This document shows positions 52,510-64,000 of a DNA stretch of 64,000 bases, one piece after another. Under the pieces are notes generated by a model. The model was not told the origin of the DNA. It was given only the letters and a program-made list of their open reading frames with translations, and searched no databases. Position numbers and translations under genes: made by a program. Origin of the DNA: Octopus vulgaris (Eukaryota); assembly GCA_951406725.2 (NCBI GenBank), contig OX597823.1, positions 14,632,001 through 14,696,000 on the forward strand, read 5' to 3'. Within the stretch, counting starts at the first letter, position 1; each line of letters begins with the position of its first letter.

Positions 52510-52759
52510 AACTGCCGACCATACTGCACGTTCTAATACGCAGTGAAGACTCGGCCGAGACTGCAGTGAAGGAGTTTGAATACTGTGCATTCTCTCTATT
52601 TCCCGGTCTATTCCTCTACCCTCGTAGATTCTGCTGCGGGAAAACTGGACTCAGTTTCAGCACGACAATTGCTGTTCCTCTACACTTGTTGTTCATGTTG
52701 TGTATCACATCGTTAAATTTGGAGCCAACGAAGCTAAAGATGTTGCAGCTCGTTTTATA

Positions 52760-53413
52760 CTCTTTTCTCTTTTTCTCTTTTACTTGTTTTTTAGTCATTT
52801 AACTGCGGCCATGCTGGAGCACCGCCTTTAGTCGAGCAAATCGACCCCAGGACTTATTCTTTGTAAGTCTAGTACTTATTCTATCGGACTCTTTTGCCGA
52901 ACCGATAAGTTACGGGGACGTAAACACACCAGCATCGGTTGTCGGCGAGCTAGCAGAAGCGTTAGCACACCGGGCGAAATGCTTTGCGGTACTTCGTCTG
53001 CCGTTACGTTGTGAGTTCAAATTCCGCTGAGGTCAACTTTGCCTTTCATCCTTTCGGGGTCGATAAATTAAGTACCAGTTACGCACTGGGGTCGATGTAA
53101 TCGACATAATACCTATGTCTGTCCTTGTTTGTCCCCTCTATGTTTAGCCCCTTGTGGGTAATAAAGAAATAGGTTGTCAAGCGATGTTGAGAGGGGGACA
53201 CAGACGCACAAACATATACACACACATACATATATATATATACATATATACGACGGGCTTCCTTCAGTTTCCGTCTACCAAATCCACTCACAAGGCATTG
53301 GTCTGCCCGGGGCTATAGCAGAAGACACTTGCCCAAGATGCCACGCAGTGGAACTGAACCCGGAACCATGTGGTTGGTTAGCAAGCTACTTACCACACAG
53401 CCACTCCTGCGCC
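52760..53413 (-). mobile_element. SINE family A, interrupted by a family B insertion
   Basis: Family A sequence resumes after the duplicated GGTTGTC. Confidence 0.88.
52944..53171 (+). mobile_element. SINE family B nested in family A
   Basis: 7-bp TSD GGTTGTC at 52937-52943 and 53172-53178. Confidence 0.9.
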
Positions 53414-53609
53414 TATACGTCTATGATGTTTTTGAAGCAGATAGCGTTTTAAAGATGTTGGTGTTGTGGTGATGACGTGTATGTACCTGAGTTCTTGAAG
53501 GTCGTTTTTTCAGTACGAATCACGATGAAGTTAAAAAAGTAGCTGTAACAGCAAACTATGCCTCTTCTTCACGTGTGCAGGTTTTTATCTCTCTGTAGAC
53601 AGTTAAAAT

Positions 53610-53997
53610 GGATGGATGGAGGCACTCCGTCGGTTGCGACGACGAGGGTTCCGGTTGATCCGAATCAACGGAACAGCCTGCTCGTGAAATTAACGTGTAA
53701 GTGGCTGAGCACTCCACAGACACGTGTACCCTTAACGTAGTTCTCGGGGATATTCAGCGTGACACAGAGAGTGACAAGGCCGGCCCTTTGAAATACAGGT
53801 ACAACAGAAACAGGAAGTAAGAGTGAGAGACATTTGTGGTGAAAGAGTACAGCAGGGATCACCACCATCCCCTGCCGGAGCCTCGTGGAACTTTTAGATG
53901 TTTTCGCTCAATAAACACTCACAACGCCCGGTCTGGGAATCGAAACCGCGATCCTACGACCGCGAGTCCGCTGCCCTTACCACTGGGCCATTGCGCC
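53610..53997 (-). mobile_element. SINE family C, full length, (TCCA)n tail
   Basis: 14-bp TSD TAGACAGTTAAAAT at 53596-53609 and 53998-54011. Confidence 0.92.
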
Positions 53998-54045
53998 TAG
54001 ACAGTTAAAATAGGACTAATGTAACTAGGTTCTAGTTTTGATATG

Positions 54046-54939
54046 CAGTAGTCTCTCGACTATCGCGGCTGTTACGTTCCAAAACCTCACGCCATAGGTG
54101 AAAATCCGCGAAGTAGAAACAGTACTGTACTGGCATTTGTATATATTTATTTTATTATCAATGCAAAACAGCACCACACACTCGCCTCCCGGGTTTCGCT
54201 TTCCATTACAGTATGTGCGATTCTTTGTTTATTCATGTACGGTACACTACGTATTTTCTTTTAACATATTTTAACTAATGTTTTATACAGTGCAGTACTG
54301 TACGCTTTACTCTTTTACTCTTTTGCTTGTTTCAGTCATTTGACTGCGGCCATGCTGGAGCACCGCCTTTAATCGAGCAACTCGACCCCGGGACTTATTC
54401 TTTGTAAGCCCAGTAATTATTCTATCGGTCTCTTTTGCCGAAACGCTAAGTGACGGGGACATAAACACACCAGCATCGGTTGTCAAGCAATGCTAGGGGG
54501 ACAAACACAGACACACAAACATAAACGCACACACATACATATATATACATATATACGACGGGCTTCTTTTAGTTTCCGTCTACCAAATCCACTCACAAGG
54601 CTTTGGTCGGCCCGAGGCTATAGTAGAAGACGCTTGCCCAAGGTCCCATGCAGTGGGACTGAACCTGGAACCATGTGGTTGGTAAACAAGCTACTTACCA
54701 CACAGCCACTCCTTCACCTACTGTATTTTTATTTATTAATTTATTAATTTTTAGGTGTGAAAATGCTTATTTTGCCACAGAAATAATTAAAATCTAAAAA
54801 TATATATAAATACTTATCGGTCACAGAAACCCGCGATATGCTGAGGTGTCCGCGATATAAATTTACATATATGAGCCAGAAAAATCCGCGATGTACTGGG
54901 GGCGCAATGGGTGAACCGCGATATGGCGAATGATTACTG
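54046..54939 (+). mobile_element. pogo/Tigger-like MITE interrupted by a family A SINE
   Basis: CAGTAGTCTCTCGACTATCGCGG ... CCGCGATATGGCGAATGATTACTG-TA TIRs. Confidence 0.78.
54306..54718 (-). mobile_element. SINE family A nested in the MITE
   Basis: Full family A sequence; TACTGTA on both sides. Confidence 0.88.
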
Positions 54940-55022
54940 TACATTCATTCAATAGACTTCAGCGAAGAAAAATAAAAATCTGTAGTAAAACCGCTCTGAT
55001 TACTCTACGCATCGAAGATAAA

Positions 55023-55398
55023 TCTCCTTATATATAAAAGTGAGGTTGTGTGCTGTCTGTCTCCTACGATTTAGATTCCTAACTACTCCCACATTTTGCG
55101 GTGCAGTTTAACCAAAACCGGGTATCTTATAGTCGTGATTCATATCGAGCCCTTCTGTGTATTAGCGCGCGTCTACGATTAAAAAAAAAATTACCATCAA
55201 TTTTTCCCATTTTTAATCCATTTTTGGCATATATATGGGAAGTAACTCTCTAAAAATTTATTATCAAATCTCAGAACGTAAAAAGCTACAGTAACACCCC
55301 CCTTTGTGGTTAGCCATATTGAGATGGCTATTATACTTTACATCTCTAAAAATGCTTATATAGTTATTTCCTTACAAACCCGAGCAACGCCGGGCGAT
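55023..55398 (+). mobile_element. Helitron-like non-autonomous element lacking the terminal CTAG
   Basis: 5' TCTCCTTATATATAAAAG; 3' CCCGAGCAACGCCGGGCGAT hairpin, shared with 36605-36967. Confidence 0.7.
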
Positions 55399-55603
55399 TA
55401 CTCTACGCATCGAAGATAAATTGTTTCTATAATTATCCAGAAATGCTGTGTAATGCATTATTAATTATATAATTATATCAATAATGAATAAATCACGTTG
55501 TTATTGAATACAGTTATGCAAATTAGACAAATCAGTTTAACTATATCCCAGATTGTATACACTATAAATAGCAACAACTACTCACCAACTCACGTTATTA
55601 TAG

Positions 55604-55787
55604 CGAGCTGGCAGAATCGTTAGCACGCTGGGCGAAATGCGTAGCCGTATTTCGTCTGTCGTTACGTTCTGAGTTCAAATTCCGCCGAGGTCGACTTTGC
55701 TTTTCATCCTTTCGGGGTCGGTAAATTAATTACCAGATGTAATTGATTTAATACCTATGTCTGTCCTTGTTTGTCCACTCTATGTTT
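55604..55787 (+). mobile_element. SINE family B (internally deleted)
   Basis: GCGAGCTGGCAGAATCGTTAGCACG head and GAGTTCAAATTCC B box. Confidence 0.85.
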
Positions 55788-56244
55788 ATTGCAAACAGTT
55801 ACGCAAGTTAAAAAGACCAGATTGTATACTTTGTAAATAACTATACCTACTCATCTCTCCGTGGACAAAAGAAAATATTCTTTCACTGAATGAAACCCCA
55901 ACAAGAATAAAATTTGTCAGCTCTATATGATTTTCTTCTGGCGACAGTGAAACTAAAATTATTTCCTTATTAAAAAAAAAACGTTGTAACTTACGTTGCA
56001 TTTCAAATAATCGATCCAAAGATGTTATGTACATAATTAATTAATATGCGTGTGTAAGTGTATATATAAGTATATATATATAAACGTATATATATACGTA
56101 TATATATATATATATATATATACACATCCATACAGGCATATATATATGCAAACATATATACATATATATATATGTTTATAAATATATATGAAACTTTAGA
56201 TACGTATATAGATAAAAATATAGATACACATATATGTGTGTATA

Positions 56245-56285
<41 letters not shown>

Positions 56286-56346
56286 GCACACACACGCAAA
56301 TATACATGCATATACATATATTTACATGTGTGTGTGTGTGGGTAAT

Positions 56347-56379
<33 letters not shown>

Positions 56380-56777
56380 ATGTGCGTGTATGTTTGTATG
56401 TATGTATGTATATATACACACACACGTATACATATACGTACATATATATTCACATACGCTTCTACACATTCGCATATTGCCTGGGGTATATACAGACTCC
56501 AATGTCGCCTCTTTTTTGCCATTATTTATCTTTTATCAAACGACATACTACAGGGATATATTCTGAAAAGAAAGGGGTTTTTTTTTTTTGGTTTTTTTCC
56601 TTTATTCATCTAGTTATTCTTGGAGAATATTGCCCGAGGGCCAGGAATTCAGACAGTGAAGCAGGCAGACAGGCAAGTAAACAAAACGAGGCATTAAGAT
56701 CTGCGAGGCTGGAGATCCATCGTATTCAGATGATGGTGTCTATTAGTTAACTAATTTTACTCTGCTACATTATCGCG

Positions 56778-56811
56778 ATGATGCTGATGCTGATGCTGCT
56801 AGTAATGACGG

Positions 56812-56842
<31 letters not shown>

Positions 56843-57085
56843 ATTGATAATGACGACGACGACGATTATGGTAATGATGATGATGATGATGATGAAGATG
56901 ATGATGATGATGATGACGACGACGACGATTATGGTAATGATGATGATGATGATGATGATGACGATGTTGATAATGATGACGACGACGACGACGATGCTGG
57001 TAACGATGATGAGTAGAGGGAGGAGGAGGAGGAGGAGGAGGAGGATTCTGCTGCTACTAATGATGACGGTGACGATGACAACTTA
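56778..57085. repeat. (GAT)/(GAC)/(GGA) microsatellite
   Basis: Directly visible. Confidence 0.92.
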
Positions 57086-57214
57086 ATGATGATCATAATA
57101 GGATAAAGTACGAAAAACAAACTCATAAAAGCAAGCTTATATAGATATGTGTGTGCGCGTATATAAATGTATATGTGTGTGCGAGTATGTGTGTGTGTAT
57201 ATATATATATTTAT

Positions 57215-57252
<38 letters not shown>

Positions 57253-57436
57253 GCATATACATATATATGTATGTATATACATATATATATACATACATAT
57301 ATATATATATATATATATCTTCAAGCATATTCTCTAAGACAGTTCGATAGCTGATCACACACAAACACACATACACACATGCACGGAATATTTATATATA
57401 TTTATATATATATATACATACATATGTATAAAAATG

Positions 57437-57502
<66 letters not shown>

Positions 57503-57864
57503 TATATATATACATATATATGTGTGTGTACGCATACATACATGTGGGGGCGCATGCGCGCATGTGTGAGTGTGCTTGTGTATGTGTCTGATTGTGTGAG
57601 TGTGTGAGTGTGTATGTATATGTGCGTCTGCGTGTTTGTATTATGTTGTGGAAGCCAGATATTATGATTACTGTGAAATGAAGCCTTTTCGATACCAATA
57701 ACTGGATGATATGCTCTCAAAAAAGATTTTGGAAGCGCTTGATAACATTATCTGTGATTATTACTATGGTGGATTATATGTATATATATATAGAGAGAGA
57801 GAGAGGGGAGAGAGAGAGAGAGAAAAAAAGTGAGAGTGAGAGAGGGAGAGGTAGAGAGGGGGAG

Positions 57865-58081
57865 AGCGGGGTGCAAAAGTAGGTATACAGTTACGAAAAA
57901 ACCCAGAAAATACTCATTTATTTTTATCAAAAAATTAAAAGTTAGCCGCATTTTTGATATTTTCAGTGTCATTAAGCATAATAATATATTTATCGTAACT
58001 TTAGATTTTTTTAATAAAAACAAATGGGTATTTAACGTATTTTCTCTTTTCATAACTGTATACCTACTTTTGCACCGCCAG
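57865..58081. mobile_element. Tc1/mariner-type MITE (~215 bp)
   Basis: Perfect 24-bp TIR GGTGCAAAAGTAGGTATACAGTTA (57870-57893) / TAACTGTATACCTACTTTTGCACC (58053-58076), further imperfect internal symmetry, TA on the right. Confidence 0.8.
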
Positions 58082-58129
58082 TATATATGGCCTTTTGGCT
58101 AAGATCAAAGTGTAGTATATGTATATATG

Positions 58130-58181
<52 letters not shown>

Positions 58182-58294
58182 CATAGCAAGCATACATATG
58201 ACAGCATATACAAACATACATATGTACATATATATAAAATACATACATACTTACGCATGCACAGACAGACTGATTGACTAACTGACAGACAGGC

Positions 58295-58366
<72 letters not shown>

Positions 58367-58487
58367 TAACCCGCTGCTGCCTGATTGAACATACTTGATG
58401 CAAAACTCTGAGTTACAACAGTGAGAATTATCAAATCAATAATAATGTATTTGTGTGTGTACATGAGTATGTGTGAAAATATATACA

Positions 58488-58525
<38 letters not shown>

Positions 58526-59752
58526 CAGACATGCAGAAAATAAATAGACACCTTTAATTTTTCAAAATCTTTTAATATGCAAAGCGAACAATTGAAATAT
58601 AATCGATAGGTAGGACTACATACCTTAGTATTTAATTGACATTCACTTTGCAGTTTTTAATTAAGAAACTCTTTTTGGCATTGAACTGATGAGCTTTGTG
58701 ATTGTCTCTTGTGGAATTTCTGCCCACTTTTCACGCAACAATCGAAACAATTCATCTTTAGATTTAGGTTTTTGTCGAGTTTTTCGCATAGCTCTATCTA
58801 GTATGCTCCAAAGATTTTCAATTGGGTTCATGTCAGGCAATTGGTTCGGCCAAAGAAGCCTTTTGATCCCATTTTCAGTCAGCCATTGTTGATTCCTTTT
58901 CTCTGTGTGGTATGAAGCCCCATCTTCCATGAATAAAAATTCATTTTTCGTTATCTTATCGAGTGAAAAAATTGGAAGTAGTCCTTGCTTAAATATTTCG
59001 ATGTATTTTTCAGAGTTTATGGTTTCAACACATTCGATCAGCTTAGAACGACCATTGCCGGTGACAGCTCCCCATACCATTACAGAGATACCGCCATGTT
59101 TCACAGTTGGTTGGAGTCGTTTCAAATCAAATTCTAGAGTGGGAAACCTCCAGACCCAAACACGCCCACTATCTGAAAATAATGCATATCTGGATTCATC
59201 TGAGAAAATCACTCTGTCCCAAAATGGACTGGATTTTTTCTGACATCTCCATAGCCCATTTCTTTCTTTTCGTGATATTAATTGGTTGAAGGAGAGGTTT
59301 TCTTCTAGCTTATGCAGATATGTAACGTTCTTGGACTAACTTCTAGCTGCTTTGCAATGTCAGAAGCCTTCGAACGGTGTTCGTTTGCCACAATTCTCTT
59401 AAAACTGCGAAGCTTCCTTTCCGAGGGCCTAGGTCGGCCGGAACGAGAATCTATTGATTCTTTTCCTTGGTTTTTGAATTGCACTATAATTCTATTAAGA
59501 GTAGCAAGAGGAATTTGAAGATTTTCCGCAATTTTTTGCTAGGTAAGACCAACCTCAGATTGCCCAACAATACGACCTCTTTGGAAATCTGACAGTTCTG
59601 CTGAATTTTTTGTGCGTGGTATGGTTTCTCTTCACAAATATTTAATATAATGGCACATGGAATGGAAAAGAATAATTACACAGCTCAAAACATATTAAGA
59701 CGCTTAGATCAGAAATTTTGAAAATTAAAGGTGTCTGCTTCCTGCATGTCTG
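58526..59752 (-). mobile_element. Tc1-family DNA transposon, full span, defective
   Basis: Imperfect ~40-bp TIRs CAGACATGCAG...AGACACCTTTAATTTT, inserted in microsatellite; encloses a transposase. Confidence 0.9.
58625..59622 (-). pseudogene. Tc1 DD34E transposase pseudogene
   Basis: ELSDFQRGRIVG HTH start (ATG decayed to ATA), RSGRPR, VIFSDES, TVKHGG, VMVWG, MEDGASYH-34aa-E (PDMNPIENLW), terminal IKY*; in-frame stops and frameshifts. Confidence 0.92.
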
Positions 59753-59800
59753 TGTATACACACACACACACACACACTCACACACTCACACACACACACA

Positions 59801-60330
<530 letters not shown>

Positions 60331-60866
60331 TGTCAAGCACGTTCCCTTATGATAAGGGCAAATCTTTTTATTATCTTTGTATGGATGAACAACTGTTTAT
60401 CTTTTTTTCCAAACACACACTTGTCAACACTTATAAAAAACGTGTTTACAGGTATTTACAATGGAAGAAAAAAACACAGTATCAGGTATTTCAAATAATA
60501 TCTGCTCTGTTTTGCCTAATAATACCTGTGATTTTCACTTTATTCTTATCTATCCACACATCCCATTCTTTCCTTTATCGTTTCTATCCATTTGTCATTC
60601 ACTTGCCTATTTACTTGGTCCTCCTTCCTTCTTTTCCTTTCTCGACGTCAAATTTGTTTATGGTATTTCAAAAATTACCTGCGTTCTCTATTCACTTTCT
60701 GCTTTTTATATATTATATATTATATATTATATATTATAATTTCTAACATTTGTAAACATGGTTTCTTAATGAACACTGTTATTTATATATATATATACAT
60801 ATATATATATACATATACATATATATATGTATATATATATATATATATATACATACACACACACAC

Positions 60867-60934
<68 letters not shown>

Positions 60935-60937
<3 letters not shown>

Positions 60938-61045
60938 TTACTGCCCACAAGGGGCTAAACATAGAGGGGACAAACAAGGACAGACAAAGGGATTAAGCCC
61001 ATTACATCGACCCCAGTGCGAAACTGCTACTTTATTTATCGACCC
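60935..61045 (-). mobile_element. SINE family B, 3' fragment
   Basis: CCCACAAGGGGCTAAACATAGAGGGGACAAACAAGGACAGAC. Confidence 0.8.
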
Positions 61046-61052
61046 ATATATA

Positions 61053-61088
<36 letters not shown>

Positions 61089-61108
61089 GGGAGGGAGAAA
61101 GAGAGAGT

Positions 61109-61140
<32 letters not shown>

Positions 61141-61141
61141 G

Positions 61142-62060
61142 AGGGGGTGCGGTGAATAAATTGTTGTCTAAATTATGCAAGAAGGAAAAGAACACTGAGA
61201 TCTCATTTTAACATGTATATTTACCCAAGTTACATAAAAATATCTTGAAATACTTAAGAGTAAATTTATTTAATAAAATCGCCATTGGCTTCAATCACGG
61301 CCTCCAGACGACCTCGGAATATTCTGCAGCTCTTCTGGACGGTTTCCGTGTTTAAGTTGGTGGTGAATGCTGCTATAATCCTTGCCTTCACCTCATCTTT
61401 TGTATACAAGGGGTTTTGTTAGTCTCTCACTCAACTGTGCCCCTCACACAATAATCAAGGGCGTTGCAGTCTGGGGTGTTCGGTGGCCAGATTTTAGGGG
61501 TGATATGAACGCAGAAATTGTCTGACGGCTATGACTGGGTTCTCCTGTTTGTGTGGCATGGTGCAGAGTCCTGTTGCCAGACATAGGATCTTCTAGAAGA
61601 AACCCTCTTGACCCAGGACAGCACTACCTCCTCCAGGCTCTTGATGAAGGCTTCCGTGTTGAATCTGAGGTAGTGTGGGATGATGAATGGAGACATAGCG
61701 TCGCCATCACTAGTGATCACTCCAAACACAATAATGTTGACTGGATGTTTGATTTTTTATCACTCTTGGTACGTTTTGGGGACATGGCAAGCAAACGGTT
61801 GTTCTGTGTGTTCACATCCAAACACTATGAAATGTCCGTATTGGAGCTTCCGACACGAATGCCAAGCATTACAGCGTGTCGCTTCCAAATTTCTAGCAGA
61901 GTGGATTTCGTCATGGTGCTGTTTTTATAGTTATTTTTGTTTTTACAGACGGTGCCCAACGGCCCCCACAATACTGTGTGGTCGACAAAATCAAAAACAA
62001 ATAATGCGTATGCGCGAAATGAAAAATTTCAAATGGTAATAATTTACCCACCGCACCCTG
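61142..62060 (-). mobile_element. DD37D (maT-type) transposon, internally deleted, pseudogenised transposase
   Basis: TIRs GGGTGCGGTG..TAAATT / AATTTACCCACCGCACCCTG-TA; VWQQDSAPCHT...WPPNTPDCNALDY gives D-37-D spacing; C-terminus RGRLEAVIEANGDFIK*. Confidence 0.85.
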
Positions 62061-62082
62061 TATATATATATGTATATATGTA

Positions 62083-62242
<160 letters not shown>

Positions 62243-62330
62243 GTATATATATATATATATATATATTTCGCTTTTGGATTTGCTTTGCAAGATTCTTGCA
62301 ACCAAGAATCAAGACTATTGAGAGTCTTGA

Positions 62331-62367
62331 CTATTGAAAAGGTTGCAAGACGCAACGAAAATTTTAG
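62331..62367 (+). ncRNA. Minimal hammerhead-like motif, U3-A8 core with extra G
   Basis: CTA-TTGAAAA-G-GTTGC-AAGAC-GCAAC-GAAA-AT-TT-TAG; AATT palindrome; in a short element next to (TA)n. Confidence 0.5.
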
Positions 62368-62459
62368 GAAAATAAAAATAAGAAATAAGTGGAAATCTTA
62401 CCGGTGAGTGTGTTAAATTATAAGGCACAAAAAGAAAATGACTCTCCTCAGACATAACA

Positions 62460-62675
62460 GTATATATACATATATATACATATACATATACATATATATA
62501 TATTTATACACACACACACATATGTATGTGTGTATGTGTGTGTGTGTGTGTGCGTGTATGTTTGTATGTATGTATGTACGTATGTATATATATATGCATA
62601 TACATGAACATACATGCATTCATGCCCACATACGCTCATGCGCACATATACATATGCATGCATATGTGCATATAA

Positions 62676-62718
<43 letters not shown>

Positions 62719-62974
62719 CCTGTGTGTGTTTGAGTGAGTTTGAGTGAGTTTGTGTATAAACATATAACAAGGTTTTCATATGACATACGGTTGTCTTAAT
62801 TCATAATAGGCAAGAAACCAAGAACGCACAGGCATACACATATTGCAATATCCACAGTTATAGATACGTACACATAAAAACACACGTATATCAGTATATA
62901 TTTGTACGTTGAAACACACAAACAAGCATAAATAATTGCAATCAGGAAGTCAAAAACGAGCACTCGAGATTGTG

Positions 62975-63023
<49 letters not shown>

Positions 63024-63427
63024 GCATGTAGACAAAGATTCGCACATACTCCTAGATACACACGCGCACACACAATAGCTAGCACCTGGCTGAGTGTTTT
63101 ACTTGTACCGGAGGGCAGCCCTCGAGGAATTTTTTTGAAAGTAATTTTGGAACAGCCAAGTGGAAAGGAACTAATTCAATCTTGTCTTGTGCTGTAGTGT
63201 AACTCGCGCATACACTAACACACACACACACAGACACACACTCACACGCACACACACACACACACACACATACTCACATACACTTACACATACACACACT
63301 TACACATACATACCACATACACACACGCACACATTAAATTGTGTGAATTTACATACGTACACACAAATTAATATATATGTGTACGTCTGTATGTGTTTGT
63401 GTGCGCACACATAAATATATATATATG

Positions 63428-63465
<38 letters not shown>

Positions 63466-63488
63466 TATATATATATATGTATACATAA

Positions 63489-63520
<32 letters not shown>

Positions 63521-63637
63521 GCATATATATTATTTACATGCATACACATGTGTAAATATATGTATCTGTTCACATTCACATACACATATATACATATGCA
63601 TATATGTGTGGATAGATAGACAGACAGACAGGCGGAC

Positions 63638-63710
<73 letters not shown>
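62460..63710. repeat. Compound (TA)/(CA)/(TG)/(GATA) microsatellite region
   Basis: Directly visible, with short unique interruptions. Confidence 0.9.
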
Positions 63711-63711
<1 letters not shown>

Positions 63712-64000
63712 TCTGCCTAGACCCAGCCGACTCCAAGTATGGACGTTTCTTTTTCAGTATTCAAAATATATTTATACACTCTTCTAAGTTAATCTTCATT
63801 CTTGTGGAATACTCCCCCCCCACCCGCTTCTCTCTCTCCCTCGCCCCCTCTCTCTCTCTTACTTTTTAAAATCCTTTATAGTACTTTTATATGCTTTATT
63901 GGTAAGCACAAGGCAGAATCCTTGGCAACCACGATGTCGTAGGTTGAAACCCACAGCGTGGCAGCATCTGGGGTGGATATCATTTTCTTTAACCGATGGG

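Noticed and set aside
58686-58700. CTGATGAG inside the Tc1 element
   Set aside because: Antisense to transposase codons; no hammerhead helices

Overview
Eukaryotic, AT-rich, extremely microsatellite-dense intergenic or intronic DNA. The repeat landscape (tRNA-headed SINEs with internal (TA)/(TG) tracts, R4/Dong and RTE LINE relics, Tc1/mariner relics) looks like an octopus (coleoid cephalopod) genome; this is inference from recalled repeat families, not a search. I can support no intact cellular gene: almost all long ORFs in the track are translated simple repeats. Supported content: three abundant SINE families (several with clean target-site duplications, nesting, or 184-bp multimerisation), two R4/Dong LINE relics, RTE relics, a DD34E Tc1 relic, a DD37D relic, several MITEs and two Helitron-like elements. 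The most interesting signal is about 10-12 minimal type I hammerhead-ribozyme motifs, mostly in short non-coding elements sitting in or beside (TA)n tracts. They include canonical cores and non-canonical cores that covary at the catalytic 3:8 pair (C-G, U-A, G-C), plus U4C, A6U and extra-nucleotide variants. A second oddity is a ~370-bp fold-back array of 28-bp units abutting a CpG-rich ORF with a TATA/CCAAT promoter (20321-21065). All structures were derived by eye; none was computed or tested.
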